Source: Eledone cirrhosa
Taxonomy: Eukaryota
Assembly: GCA_964016885.1 (NCBI GenBank)
Contig: OZ024741.1
Coordinates: forward strand, 331,576,001 to 331,640,000
DNA: 64,000 nt
Direction of reading: 5' to 3'
Shown: positions 34,934 through 52,900 of the stretch, one piece after another
How positions within the stretch are numbered: the first letter of the stretch is position 1
How the letters are laid out: each line of letters begins with the position of its first letter
Translations under genes and position numbers: made by a program
Notes under the pieces: generated by a model
Databases searched by the model: none
What the model was told of the DNA's origin: nothing
The model's input: the letters and a program-made list of their open reading frames with translations, nothing else

Positions 34934-37900
34934 AAACCAATAACAACATCAATAGGCAACACCAGTAACAACAACATCAGCAGCAACAATAATAACACCA
35001 ACAGCAACACCAGTAACAACAACACCAGTAACAACAATAATAACACCAACAGCAACACCAGTAACAACAACACCAGCAGCAACAATAATAACACCAACAG
35101 CAACACCAGTAACAACAACACCAGCAGCAACAATAATAACACCAACAGCAACACCAGTAACAACAACACCAGTAACAACAATAATAACACCAACAGCAAC
35201 ACCAGTAACAACAACACCAGTAACAACAATAATAACACCAACAGCAACACCAGTAACAACAACACCAGTAACAACAATAATAACACCAACAACAACACCA
35301 GTAACAACAACACCAGTAACAACAATAATAACACCAACAGCAACACCAGTAACAACAACACCAGTAACAACAATAATAACACCAACAACAACACCAGTAA
35401 CAACAACACCAGTAACAACAATAATAACACCAACAGCAACACCAGTAACAACAACGACAGCAGCAACAATAATAACACCAACAGCAACACCAGTAACAAC
35501 AACACCAGTAACAACAATAATAACACCAACAGCAACACCAGTAACAACAACACCAGTAACAACAATAATAACACCAACAGCAACACCAGTAACAACAACA
35601 CCAGTAACAACAATAATAACACCAACAGCAACACCAGTAACAACAACACCAGTAACAACAACGACAGCAGCAACAATAATAACACCAACAGCAACACCAG
35701 TAACAACAACGACAGCAGCAACAATAATAACACCAACAACAACACCAGTAACAACAACAACACCAGCAGCAACAATAATAACACCAACAGCAACACCAGT
35801 AACAACAACGACAGCAGCAACAATAATAACACCAACAGCAAAACCAGTAACAACAACACCAGCAGCAACAATAATAACACCAACAGCAACACCAGTAACA
35901 ACAACACCAGCAGCAACAATAATAACACCAACAGCAAAACCAGTAACAACAACACCAGCAGCAACAATAATAACACCAACAGCAACACCAGTAACAACAA
36001 CACCAGTAACAACAACACCAGTAACAACAACACCAGTAACAACAACACCAGCAGCAACAATAATAACACCAACAGCAACACCAGTAACAACAACACCAGC
36101 AGCAACAATAATAACACCAACAGCAACACCAGTAACAACAACACCAGTAACAACAATAATAACACCAACAGCAACACCAGTAACAACAACGACAGCAGCA
36201 ACAATAATAACACCAACAGCAACACCAGTAACAACAACACCAGCAGCAACAATAATAACACCAACAGCAACACCAGTAACAACAACACCAGTAACAACAA
36301 TAATAACACCAACAGCAACACCAGTAACAACAACACCAGTAACAACAATAATAACACCAACAGCAACACCAGTAACAACAACGACAGCAACAACAATAAT
36401 AACACCAACAGCAACACCAGTAACAACAACACCAGTAACAACAATAATAACACCAACAGCAACACCAGTAACAACAACACCAGCAGCAACAATAATAACA
36501 CCAACAGCAACACCAGTAACAACAACACCAGTAACAACAATAATAACACCAACAGCAACACCAGTAACAACAACGACAGCAGCAACAATAATAACACCAA
36601 CAGCAACACCAGTAACAACAATAATAACACCAACAGCAACACCAGTAACAACAATAATAACACCAACAGCAACACCAGTAACAACAACACCAGCAACAAC
36701 AATAATAACATCAACAGCAACACCAGTAACAACAACACCAGTAACAACAATAATAACACCAACAGCAACACCAGTAACAACAACGACAGCAGCAACAATA
36801 ATAACACCAACAGCAACACCAGTAACAACAACACCAGCAACAACAATAATAACACCAACAGCAACACCAGTAACAACAACACCAGTAACAACAATAATAA
36901 CACCAACAGCAACACCAGTAACAACAACACCAGTAACAACAATAATAACACCAACAGCAACACCAGTAACAACAACGACAGCAGCAACAATAATAACACC
37001 AACAGCAACACCAGTAACAACAACACCAGTAACAACAATAATAACACCAACAGCAACACCAGTAACAACAACACCAGTAACAACAATAATAACACCAACA
37101 GCAACACCAGTAACAACAACACCAGTAACAACAACACCAGTAACAACAACACCAGCAACAACAATAATAACACCAACAGCAACACCAGTAACAACAACAC
37201 CAGCAACAACAATAATAACACCAACAGCAACACCAGTAACAACAACACCAGCAACAACAATAATAACACCAACAGCAACACCAGTAACAACAACACCAGT
37301 AACAACAATAATAACACCAACAGCAACACCAGTAACAACAACACCAGTAACAACAATAATAACACCAACAGCAACACCAGTAACAACAACACCAGTAACA
37401 ACAACACCAGTAACAACAACACCAGCAACAACAATAATAACACCAACAGCAACACCAGTAACAACAACACCAGTAACAACAATAATAACACCAACAGCAA
37501 CACCAGTAACAACAACACCAGTAACAACAATAATAACACCAACAGCAACACCAGTAACAACAACGACAGCAGCAACAATAATAACACCAACAGCAACACC
37601 AGTAACAACAACACCAGTAACAACAATAATAACACCAACAGCAACACCAGTAACAACAACACCAGTAACAACAATAATAACACCAACAGCAACACCAGTA
37701 ACAACAACACCAGCAGCAACAATAATAACACCAACAGCAACACCAGTAACAACAACGACAGCAGCAACAATAATAACACCAACAGCAACACCAGTAACAA
37801 CAAGACCAGCAGCAACAATAATAACACCAACAGCAACACCAGTAACAACAACACCAGTAACAACAATAATAACACCAACAGCAACACCAGTAACAACAAC

Positions 37901-40900
37901 ACCAGCAGCAACAATAATAACACCAACAGCAACACCAGTAACAACAACACCAGCAGCAACAATAATAACACCAACAGCAACACCAGTAACAACAACACCA
38001 GTAACAACAATAATAACACCAACAGCAACACCAGTAACAACAACACCAGCAGCAACAATAATAACACCAACAGCAACACCAGTAACAACAACACCAGCAG
38101 CAACAATAATAACACCAACAGCAACACCAGTAACAACAACACCAGCAGCAACAATAATAACACCAACAGCAACACCAGTAACAACAACACCAGCAGCAAC
38201 AATAATAACACCAACAGCAACACCAGTAACAACAACACCAGCAGCAACAATAATAACACCAACAGCAACACCAGTAACAACAACACCAGCAGCAACAATA
38301 ATAACACCAACAGCAACACCAGTAACAACAACACCAGCAGCAACAATAATAACACCAACAGCAACACCAGTAACAACAACACCAGCAGCAACAATAATAA
38401 CACCAACAGCAACACCAGTAACAACAACACCAGCAGCAACAATAATAACACCAACAGCAACACCAGTAACAACAACACCAGCAGCAACAATAATAACACC
38501 AACAGCAACACCAGTAACAACAACACCAGCAGCAACAATAATAACACCAACAGCAACACCAGTAACAACAACACCAGCAGCAACAATAATAACACCAACA
38601 GCAACACCAGTAACAACAACACCAGCAGCAACAATAATAACACCAACAGCAACACCAGTAACAACAACACCAGCAGCAACAATAATAACACCAACAGCAA
38701 CACCAGTAACAACAACACCAGCAGCAACAATAATAACACCAACAGCAACACCAGTAACAACAACACCAGTAACAACAATAATAACACCAACAGCAACACC
38801 AGTAACAACAACACCAGCAGCAACAATAATAACACCAACAGCAACACCAGTAACAACAACACCAGCAGCAACAATAATAACACCAACAGCAACACCAGTA
38901 ACAACAACACCAGTAACAACAATAATAACACCAACAGCAACACCAGTAACAACAACACCAGCAGCAACAATAATAACACCAACAGCAACACCAGTAACAA
39001 CAACACCAGCAGCAACAATAATAACACCAACAGCAACACCAGTAACAACAACGACAGCAGCAACAATAATAACACCAACAGCAACACCAGTAACAACAAC
39101 ACCAGTAACAACAATAATAACACCAACAGCAACACCAGTAACAACAACACCAGTAACAACAACACCAGCAGCAACAATAATAACACCAACAGCAACACCA
39201 GTAACAACAACGACAGCAACAACAATAATAACACCAACAGCAACACCAGTAACAACAACACCAGCAGCAACAATAATAACACCAACAGCAACACCAGTAA
39301 CAACAACACCAGCAGCAACAATAATAACACCAACAGCAACACCAGTAACAACAACACCAGCAGCAACAATAATAACACCAACAGCAACACCAGTAACAAC
39401 AACACCAGTAACAACAATAATAACACCAACAGCAACACCAGTAACAACAACACCAGTAACAACAACACCAGCAGCAACAATAATAACACCAACAGCAACA
39501 CCAGTAACAACAACGACAGCAACAACAATAATAACACCAACAGCAACACCAGTAACAACAACACCAGCAACAACAATAATAACACCAACAGCAACACCAG
39601 TAACAACAACACCAGCAACAACAATAATAACACCAACAGCAACACCAGTAACAACAACACCAGTAACAACAATAACAACACCAACAGCAACACCAGTAAC
39701 AACAACACCAGTAACAACAATAATAACACCAACAGCAACACCAGTAACAACAACACCAGCAGCAACAATAATAACACCAACAGCAACACCAGTAACAACA
39801 ACACCAGCAGCAACAATAATAACACCAACAGCAACACCAGTAACAACAACACCAGTAACAACAATAATAACACCAACAGCAACACCAGTAACAACAACAC
39901 CAGTAACAACAATAATAACACCAACAGCAACACCAGTAACAACAACACCAGCAACAACAATAATAACACCAACAGCAACACCAGTAACAACAACACCAGC
40001 AGCAACAATAATAACACCAACAGCAACACCAGTAACAACAACACCAGCAGCAACAATAATAACACCAACAGCAACACCAGTAACAACAACACCAGTAACA
40101 ACAACACCAGTTACAACAATAATAACACCAACAGCAACACCAGTAACAACAACGACAGCAGCAACAATAATAACTCCAACAGCAACACCAGTAACAACAA
40201 CACCAGCAGCAACAATAATAACACCAACAGCAACACCAGTAACAACAACACCAGTAACAACAATAATAACACCAACAGCAACACCAGTAACAACAACACC
40301 AGTAACAACAATAATAACACCAACAGCAACACCAGTAACAACAACACCAGCAGCAACAATAATAACACCAACAGCAACACCAGTAACAACAACACCAGTA
40401 ACAACAATAATAACACCAACAGCAACACCAGTAACAACAACACCAGCAGCAACAATAATAACACCAACAGCAACACCAGTAACAACAACACCAGCAGCAA
40501 CAATAATAACACCAACAGCAACACCAGTAACAACAACACCAGTAACAACAATAATAACACCAACAGCAACACCAGTAACAACAACGACAGCAACAACAAT
40601 AATAACACCAACAGCAACACCAGTAACAACAACACCAGTAACAACAATAATAACACCAACAGCAACACCAGTAACAACAACACCAGTAACAACAATAATA
40701 ACACCAACAGCAACACCAGTAACAACAACGACAGCAACAACAATAATAACACCAACAGCAACACCAGTAACAACAACGACAGCAGCAACAATAATAACAC
40801 CAACAGCAACACCAGTAACAACAACGACAGCAACAACAATAATAACACCAACAGCAACACCAGTAACAACAACGACAGCAGCAACAATAATAACACCAAC

Positions 40901-43900
40901 AGCAACACCAGTAACAACAACGACAGCAACAACAATAATAACACCAACAGCAACACCAGTAACAACAACGACAGCAACAACAATAATAACACCAACAGCA
41001 ACACCAGTAACAACAACGACAGCAGCAACAATAATAACACCAACAGCAACACCAGTAACAACAACGACAGCAGCAACAATAATAACACCAACAGCAACAC
41101 CAGTAACAACAACGACAGCAGCAACAATAATAACACCAACAGCAACACCAGTAACAACAACACCAGTAACAACAATAATAACACCAACAGCAACACCAGT
41201 AACAACAACACCAGTAACAACAACACCAGCAGCAACAATAATAACACCAACAGCAACACCAGTAACAACAACGACAGCAGCAACAATAATAACACCAACA
41301 GCAACACCAGTAACAACAACGACAGCAGCAACAATAATAACACCAACAGCAACACCAGTAACAACAACGACAGCAGCAACAATAATAACAACAACAGCAA
41401 CACCAGTAACAACAACGACAGCAACAACAATAATAACACCAACAGCAACACCAGTAACAACAACGACAGCAACAACAATAATAACACCAACAGCAACACC
41501 AGTAACAACAACGACAGCAACAACAATAATAACACCAACAGCAACACCAGTAACAACAACACCAGCAGCAACAATAATAACACCAACAGCAACACCAGTA
41601 ACAACAATAATAACACCAACAGCAACACCAGTAACAACAACACCAGTAACAACAATAATAACACCAACAGCAACACCAGTAACAACAACACCAGCAGCAA
41701 CAATAATAACACCAACAGCAACACCAGTAACAACAACACCAGCAGCAACAATAATAACACCAACAGCAACACCAGTAACAACAACACCAGCAGCAACAAT
41801 AATAACACCAACAGCAACACCAGTAACAACAACGACAGCAACAACAATAATAACACCAACAGCAACACCAGTAACAACAACGACAGCAGCAACAATAATA
41901 ACACCAACAGCAACACCAGTAACAACAACACCAGCAGCAACAATAATAACACCAACAGCAACACCAGTAACAACAACACCAGCAGCAACAATAATAACAC
42001 CAACAGCAACACCAGTAACAACAACACCAGTAACAACAATAATAACACCAACAGCAACACCAGTAACAACAACACCAGTAACAACAATAATAACACCAAC
42101 AGCAACACCAGTAACAACAACACCAGCAACAACAATAATAACACCAACAGCAACACCAGTAACAACAACGACAGCAACAACAATAATAACACCAACAGCA
42201 ACACCAGTAACAACAACACCAGCAGCAACAATAATAACACCAACAGCAACACCAGTAACAACAACACCAGCAGCAACAATAATAACACCAACAGCAACAC
42301 CAGTAACAACAACACCAGCAACAACAATAATAACACCAACAGCAACACCAGTAACAACAACGACAGCAACAACAATAATAACACCAACAGCAACACCAGT
42401 AACAACAACACCAGCAGCAACAATAATAACACCAACAGCAACACCAGTAACAACAACACCAGTAACAACAATAATAACACCAACAGCAACACCAGTAACA
42501 ACAACACCAGCAGCAACAATAATAACACCAACAGCAACACCAGTAACAACAACACCAGTAACAACAATAATAACACCAACAGCAACACCAGTAACAACAA
42601 CACCAGTAACAACAATAATAACACCAACAGCAACACCAGTAACAACAACACCAGCAGCAACAATAATAACACCAACAGCAAAACCAGTAACAACAACACC
42701 AGCAGCAACAATAATAACACCAACAGCAACACCAGTAACAACAACACCAGCAGCAACAATAATAACACCAACAGCAAAACCAGTAACAACAACACCAGCA
42801 GCAACAATAATAACACCAACAGCAACACCAGTAACAACAACACCAGTAACAACAACACCAGTAACAACAACACCAGTAACAACAACACCAGTAACAACAA
42901 CGACAGCAACAACAATAATAACACCAACAGCAACACCAGTAACAACAACGACAGCAACAACAATAATAACACCAACAGCAACACCAGTAACAACAACGAC
43001 AGCAACAACAATAATAACACCAACAGCAACACCAGTAACAACAACGACAGCAACAACAATAATAACACCAACAGCAACACCAGTAACAACAACGACAGCA
43101 ACAACAATAATAACACCAACAGCAACACCAGTAACAACAACGACAGCAGCAACAATAATAACACCAACAGCAACACCAGTAACAACAACACCAGCAGCAA
43201 CAATAATAACACCAACAGCAACACCAGTAACAACAACGACAGCAACAACAATAATAACACCAACAGCAACACCAGTAACAACAACGACAGCAGCAACAAT
43301 AATAACACCAACAGCAACACCAGTAACAACAACACCAGTAACAACAATAATAACACCAACAGCAACACCAGTAACAACAACACCAGTAACAACAATAATA
43401 ACACCAACAGCAACACCAGTAACAACAACACCAGTAACAACAATAATAACACCAACAGCAACACCAGTAACAACAACACCAGTAACAACAATAATAACAC
43501 CAACAGCAACACCAGTAACAACAACGACAGCAGCAACAATAATAACACCAACAGCAACACCAGTAACAACAACGACAGCAGCAACAATAATAACACCAAC
43601 AGCAACACCAGTAACAACAACGACAGCAGCAACAATAATAACAACAACAGCAACACCAGTAACAACAACGACAGCAACAACAATAATAACACCAACAGCA
43701 ACACCAGTAACAACAACGACAGCAACAACAATAATAACACCAACAGCAACACCAGTAACAACAACGACAGCAACAACAATAATAACACCAACAGCAACAC
43801 CAGTAACAACAACACCAGCAGCAACAATAATAACACCAACAGCAACACCAGTAACAACAACACCAGCAGCAACAATAATAACACCAACAGCAACACCAGT

Positions 43901-46900
43901 AACAACAACACCAGCAGCAACAATAATAACACCAACAGCAACACCAGTAACAACAACGACAGCAACAACAATAATAACACCAACAGCAACACCAGTAACA
44001 ACAACGACAGCAGCAACAATAATAACACCAACAGCAACACCAGTAGCAACAATAATAACACCAACAGCAACACCAGTAACAACAACACCAGCAGCAACAA
44101 TAATAACACCAACAGCAACACCAGTAACAACAACACCAGTAACAACAATAATAACACCAACAGCAACACCAGTAACAACAACACCAGTAACAACAATAAT
44201 AACACCAACAGCAACACCAGTAACAACAACACCAGCAACAACAATAATAACACCAACAGCAACACCAGTAACAACAACGACAGCAACAACAATAATAACA
44301 CCAACAGCAACACCAGTAACAACAACACCAGCAGCAACAATAATAACACCAACAGCAACACCAGTAACAACAACACCAGTAACAACAATAATAACACCAA
44401 CAGCAACACCAGTAACAACAACACCAGCAGCAACAATAATAACACCAACAGCAACACCAGTAACAACAACACCAGTAACAACAATAATAACACCAACAGC
44501 AACACCAGTAACAACAACACCAGTAACAACAATAATAACACCAACAGCAACACCAGTAACAACAACACCAGCAGCAACAATAATAACACCAACAGCAAAA
44601 CCAGTAACAACAACACCAGCAGCAACAATAATAACACCAACAGCAACACCAGTAACAACAACACCAGCAGCAACAATAATAACACCAACAGCAAAACCAG
44701 TAACAACAACACCAGCAGCAACAATAATAACACCAACAGCAACACCAGTAACAACAACACCAGTAACAACAACACCAGTAACAACAACACCAGTAACAAC
44801 AACGACAGCAACAACAATAATAACACCAACAGCAACACCAGTAACAACAACGACAGCAACAACAATAATAACACCAACAGCAACACCAGTAACAACAACG
44901 ACAGCAACAACAATAATAACACCAACAGCAACACCAGTAACAACAACGACAGCAACAACAATAATAACACCAACAGCAACACCAGTAACAACAACGACAG
45001 CAACAACAATAATAACACCAACAGCAACACCAGTAACAACAACGACAGCAGCAACAATAATAACACCAACAGCAACACCAGTAACAACAACACCAGCAGC
45101 AACAATAATAACACCAACAGCAACACCAGTAACAACAACGACAGCAACAACAATAATAACACCAACAGCAACACCAGTAACAACAACGACAGCAGCAACA
45201 ATAATAACACCAACAGCAACACCAGTAACAACAACACCAGTAACAACAATAATAACACCAACAGCAACACCAGTAACAACAACACCAGTAACAACAATAA
45301 TAACACCAACAGCAACACCAGTAACAACAACACCAGTAACAACAATAATAACACCAACAGCAACACCAGTAACAACAACACCAGTAACAACAATAATAAC
45401 ACCAACAGCAACACCAGTAACAACAACACCAGTAACAACAATAATAACACCAACAGCAACACCAGTAACAACAACACCAGTAACAACAATAATAACACCA
45501 ACAGCAACACCAGTAACAACAACACCAGTAACAACAATAATAACACCAACAGCAACACCAGTAACAACAACACCAGTAACAACAATAATAACACCAACAG
45601 CAACACCAGTAACAACAACACCAGTAACAACAATAATAACACCAACAGCAACACCAGTAACAACAACGACAGCAGCAACAATAATAACACCAACAGCAAC
45701 ACCAGTAACAACAACACCAGCAGCAACAATAATAACACCAACAGCAACACCAGTAACAACAACACCAGTAACAACAATAATAACACCAACAGCAACACCA
45801 GTAACAACAACGACAGCAGCAACAATAATAACAACAACAGCAACACCAGTAACAACAACACCAGCAGCAACAATAATAACACCAACAGCAACACCAGTAA
45901 CAACAACACCAGTAACAACAATAATAACACCAACAGCAACACCAGTAACAACAACGACAGCAGCAACAATAATAACACCAACAGCAACACCAGTAACAAC
46001 AACACCAGCAGCAACAATAATAACACCAACAGCAACACCAGTAACAACAACACCAGTAACAACAATAATAACACCAACAGCAACACCAGTAACAACAACG
46101 ACAGCAGCAACAATAATAACACCAACAGCAACACCAGTAACAACAACACCAGTAACAACAATAATAACACCAACAGCAACACCAGTAACAACAACGACAG
46201 CAACAACAATAATAACACCAACAGCAACACCAGTAACAACAACGACAGCAACAACAATAATAACACCAACAGCAACACCAGTAACAACAACACCAGCAGC
46301 AACAATAATAACACCAACAGCAACACCAGTAACAACAACGACAGCAACAACAATAATAACACCAACAGCAACACCAGTAACAACAACGACAGCAGCAACA
46401 ATAATAACACCAACAGCAACACCAGTAACAACAACACCAGTAACAAAAATAATAACACCAACAGCAACACCAGTAACAACAACGACAGCAGCAACAATAA
46501 TAACACCAACAGCAACACCAGCAGCAACAATAATAACACCAACAGCAACACCAGTAACAACAACACCAGCAGCAACAATAATAACACCAACAGCAACACC
46601 AGCAGCAACAATAATAACACCAACAGCAACACCAGTAACAACAACACCAGCAACAACAATAATAACACCAACAGCAACACCAGTAACAACAACGACAGCA
46701 GCAACAATAATAACACCAACAGCAACACCAGTAACAACAACGACAGCAACAACAATAATAACACCAACAGCAACACCAGTAACAACAACGACAGCAGCAA
46801 CAATAATAACACCAACAGCAACACCAGTAACAACAACACCAGTAACAACAATAATAACACCAACAGCAACACCAGTAACAACAACACCAGTAACAACAAT

Positions 46901-49900
46901 AATAACACCAACAGCAACACCAGTAACAACAACGACAGCAGCAACAATAATAACACCAACAGCAACACCAGTAACAACAACGACAGCAACAACAATAATA
47001 ACACCAACAACAACACCAGTAACAACAACACCAGTAACAACAACACCAGTAACAACAACACCAGTAACAACAATAATAACACCAACAGCAACACCAGTAA
47101 CAACAACGACAGCAGCAACAATAATAACACCAACAGCAACACCAGTAACAACAACACCAGTAACAACAATAATAACACCAACAGCAACACCAGTAACAAC
47201 AACGACAGCAACAACAATAATAACACCAACAGCAACACCAGTAACAACAACAACACCAGTAACAACAACACCAGTAACAACAATAATAACACCAACAGCA
47301 ACACCAGTAACAACAACACCAGCAGCAACAATGATAACACCAACAGCAACACCAGTAACAACAACGACAGCAGCAACAATAATAACACCAACAGCAACAC
47401 CAGTAACAACAACGACAGCAGCAACAATAATAACACCAACAGCAACACCAGTAACAACAACACCAGTAACAACAATAATAACACCAACAGCAACACCAGT
47501 AACAACAACGACAGCAACAACAATAATAACACCAACAGCAACACCAGTAACAACAACGACAGCAACAACAATAATAACACCAACAGCAACACCAGTAACA
47601 ACAACACCAGCAGCAACAATGATAACACCAACAGCAACACCAGTAACAACAACGACAGCAGCAACAATAATAACACCAACAGCAACACCAGTAACAACAA
47701 CGACAGCAGCAACAATAATAACACCAACAGCAACACCAGTAACAACAACACCAGTAACAACAATAATAACACCAACAGCAACACCAGTAACAACAACGAC
47801 AGCAGCAACAATAATAACATCAACAGCAACACCAGTAACAACAACACCGGTAACAACAATAATAACACCAACAGCAACACCAGTAACAACAACGACAGCA
47901 ACAACAATAATAACACCAACAGCAACACCAGTAACAACAACGACAGCAGCAACAATAATAACACCAACAGCAACACCAGTAACAACAACACCAGCAACAA
48001 CAATAATAACACCAACAGCAACACCAGTAACAACAACGACAGCAACAACAATAATAACACCAACAGCAACACCAGTAACAACAACGACAGCAACAACAAT
48101 AATAACACCAACAGCAACACCAGTAACAACAACACCAGTAACAACAATAATAACACCAACAGCAACACCAGTAACAACAACGACAGCAACAACAATAATA
48201 ACACCAACAGCAACACCAGTAACAGCAACGACAGCAACAACAATAATAACACCAACAGCAACACCAGTAACAACAACACCAGTAACAACAATAATAACAC
48301 CAACAGCAACACCAGTAACAACAACACCAGCAGCAACAATAATAACACCAACAGCAACACCAGTAACAACAACACCAGCAGCAACAATAATAACACCAAC
48401 AGCAACACCAGTAACAACAACACCAGTAACAACAATAATAACACCAACAGCAGCACCAGTAACAACAACACCAGTAACAACAATAATAACACCAACAGCA
48501 ACACCAGTAACAACAACACCAGTAACAACAATAATAACACCAACAGCAACACCAGTAACAACAACGACAGCAGCAACAATAATAACACCAACAGCAACAC
48601 CAGTAACAACAACGACAGCAGCAACAATAATAACACCAACAGCAACACCAGTAACAACAACGACAGCAACAACAATAATAACACCAACAGCAACACCAGT
48701 AACAACAACACCAGTAACAACAACACCAGCAGCAACAATAATAACACCAACAGCAACACCAGTAACAACAACGACAGCAGCAACAATAATAACATCAACA
48801 GCAACACCAGTAACAACAACACCAGTAACAACAATAATAACACCAACAGCAACACCAGTAACAACAACGACAGCAACAACAATAATAACACCAACAGCAA
48901 CACCAGTAACAACAACGACAGCAGCAACAATAATAACACCAACAGCAACACCAGTAACAACAACACCAGCAACAACAATAATAACACCAACAGCAACACC
49001 AGTAACAACAACGACAGCAACAACAATAATAACACCAACAGCAACACCAGTAACAACAACGACAGCAACAACAATAATAACACCAACAGCAACACCAGTA
49101 ACAACAACACCAGTAACAACAATAATAACACCAACAGCAACACCAGTAACAACAACGACAGCAACAACAATATTAACACCAACAGCAACACCAGTAACAA
49201 CAACGACAGCAACAACAATAATAACACCAACAGCAACACCAGTAACAACAACACCAGTAACAACAATAATAACACCAACAGCAACACCAGTAACAACAAC
49301 ACCAGCAGCAACAATAATAACACCAACAGCAACACCAGTAACAACAACACCAGCAGCAACAATAATAACACCAACAGCAACACCAGTAACAACAACACCA
49401 GTAACAACAATAATAACACCAACAGCAACACCAGTAACAACAACACCAGCAGCAACAATAATAACACCAACAGCAACACCAGTAACAACAACACCAGCAG
49501 CAACAATAATAACACCAACAGCAGCACCAGTAACAACAACACCAGTAACAACAATAATAACACCAACAGCAACACCAGTAACAACAACACCAGTAACAAC
49601 AATAATAACACCAACAGCAACACCAGTATCAACAACACCAGTAACAACAATAATAACACCAACAGCAACACCAGTAACAACAACACCAGCAACAACAATA
49701 ATAACACCAACAGCAACACCAGTAACAACAACACCAGCAGCAACAATAATAACACCAACAGCAACACCAGTAACATCAACACCAGCAGCAACAATAATAA
49801 CACCAACAGCAACACCAACAGCAACACCAGCAGCAACAATAATAACACCAACAGCAACACCAGTAACAACAACACCAGTAACAACAACACCAGCAGCAAC

Positions 49901-52900
49901 ACCAGTAACAACAACACCAGTACCAACAATAATAACACCAACAGCAACACCAGTAACAACAACACCAGCAACAACAATAATAACACCAACAGCAACACCA
50001 GTAACAACAACACCAGCAGCAACAATAAAAACACCAACAGCAACACCAGTAACAACAACACCAGCAACAACAATAATAACAACAACAGCAACACCAGTAA
50101 CAACAACGACAGCAGCAACAATAATAACACCAACAGCAACACCAGTAACAACAACACCAACAGCAACACCAGTAACAACAACACCAGTACCAACAATAAT
50201 AACACCAACAGCAACACCAGTAACAACAACACCAGCAACAACAATAATAACACCAACAGCAACACCAGTAACAACAACACCAGCAGCAACAATAATAACA
50301 CCAACAACAACACCAGTAACAACAACACCAGCAACAACAATAATAACACCAACAACAACACCAGTAACAACAACACCAGTAACAACAATAATAACACCAA
50401 CAGCAACACCAGTATCAACAACACCAGTAACAACAATAATAACACCAACAGCAACACCAGTAACAACAACACCAGCAACAACAATAATAACACCAACAGC
50501 AACACCAGTAACAACAACACCAGTAACAACAATAATAACACCAACAGCAACACCAGTAACAACAACGACAGCAGCAACAATAATAACAACAACAGCAACA
50601 CCAGTAACAACAACACCAGCAGCAACAATAATAACACCAACAGCAACACCAGTAACAACAACACCAGCAGCAACAATAATAACAGCAACAGCAACACCAG
50701 TAACAACAACACCAGCAACAACAATAATAACACCAACAACAACACCAGTAACAACAACACCAGTAACAACAATAATAACACCAACAGCAACACCAGTAAC
50801 AACAACACCAGCAGCAACAATAATAACAGCAACAGCAACACCAGTAACAACAACACCAGCAACAACAATAATAACACCAACAACAACACCAGTAACAACA
50901 ACACCAGTAACAACAATAATAACACCAACAGCAACACCAGTAACAACAACACCAGCAGCAACAATAATAACACCAACAGCAACACCAGTATCAACAACAC
51001 CAGTAACAACAATAATAACACCAACAGCAACACCAGTAACAACAACACCAGTAACAACAATAATAACACCAACAACAACACCAGTAACAACAACACCAGT
51101 AACAACAATAATAACACCAACAGCAACACCAGTAACAACAACACCAGCAACAACAATAATAACACCAACAACAACACCAGTAACAACAACACCAGCAACA
51201 ACAATAATAACACCAACAGCAACACCAGTAACAACAACACCAGCAACAACAATAATAACACCAACAACAACACCAGTAACAACAACACCAGTAACAACAA
51301 TAATAACACCAACAGCAACACCAGTAACAACAACACCAGCAACAACAATAATAACACCAACAACAACACCAGTAACAACAACGACAGCAACAACAATAAT
51401 AACACCAACAGCAACACCAGTAACAACAACACCAGCAGCAACAATAATAACACCAACAGCAACACCAGTAACAACAACACCAGTAACAACAATAATAACA
51501 CCAACAGCAACACCAGTAACAACAACGACAGCAGCAACAATAATAACACCAACAGCAACACCAGTAACAACAACACCAGTAACAACAATAATAACACCAA
51601 CAGCAACACCAGTAACAACAACACCAGCAACAACAATAATAACACCAACAACAACACCAGTAACAACAACACCAGTAACAACAATAATAACACCAACAGC
51701 AACACCAGTAACAACAACACCAGCAGCAACAATAATAACACCAACAGCAACACCAGTATCAACAACACCAGTAACAACAATAATAACACCAACAGCAACA
51801 CCAGTAACAACAACACCAGTAACAACAATAATAACACCAACAGCAACACCAGTAACAACAACGACAGCAGCAACAATAATAACACCAACAGCAACACCAG
51901 TAACAACAACACCAGTAACAACAATAATAACACCAACAGCAACACCAGTAACAACAACACCAGTAACAACAATAATAACACCAACAGCAACACCAGTAAC
52001 AACAACACCAGCAGCAACAATAATAACACCAACAGCAGCACCAGTAACAACAACACCAGTAACAACAATAATAACACCAACAGCAACACCAGTAACAACA
52101 ACACCAGTAACAACAATAATAACACCAACAGCAACACCAGTAACAACAACACCAGTAACAACAATAATAACACCAACAGCAACACCAGTAACAACAACAC
52201 CAGTAACAACAATAATAACACCAACAGCAACACCAGTAACAACAACGACAGCAGCAACAATAATAACACCAACAGCAACACCAGTAACAACAACACCAGT
52301 AACAACAATAATAACACCAACAGCAACACCAGTAACAACAACGACAGCAGCAACAATAATAACACCAACAGCAACACCAGTAACAACAACACCAGTAACA
52401 ACAATAATAACACCAACAGCAACACCAGTAACAACAACACCAGTAACAACAATAATAACACCAACAGCAACACCAGTAACAACAACACCAGTAACAACAA
52501 TAATAACACCAACAGCAACACCAGTAACAACAACACCAGCAGCAACAATAATAACACCAACAGCAACACCAGTAACAACAACACCAGTAACAACAATAAT
52601 AACACCAACAGCAACACCAGTAACAACAACACCAGTAACAACAATAATAACACCAACAGCAACACCAGTAACAACAACACCAGTAACAACAATAATAACA
52701 CCAACAGCAACACCAGTAACAACAACGACAGCAGCAACAATAATAACACCAACAGCAACACCAGTAACAACAACACCAGTAACAACAATAATAACACCAA
52801 CAACACCAGCAGCAACAATAATAACACCAACAGCAACACCAGTATCAACAACACCAGTAACAACAATAATAACACCAACAGCAACACCAGTAACAACAAC

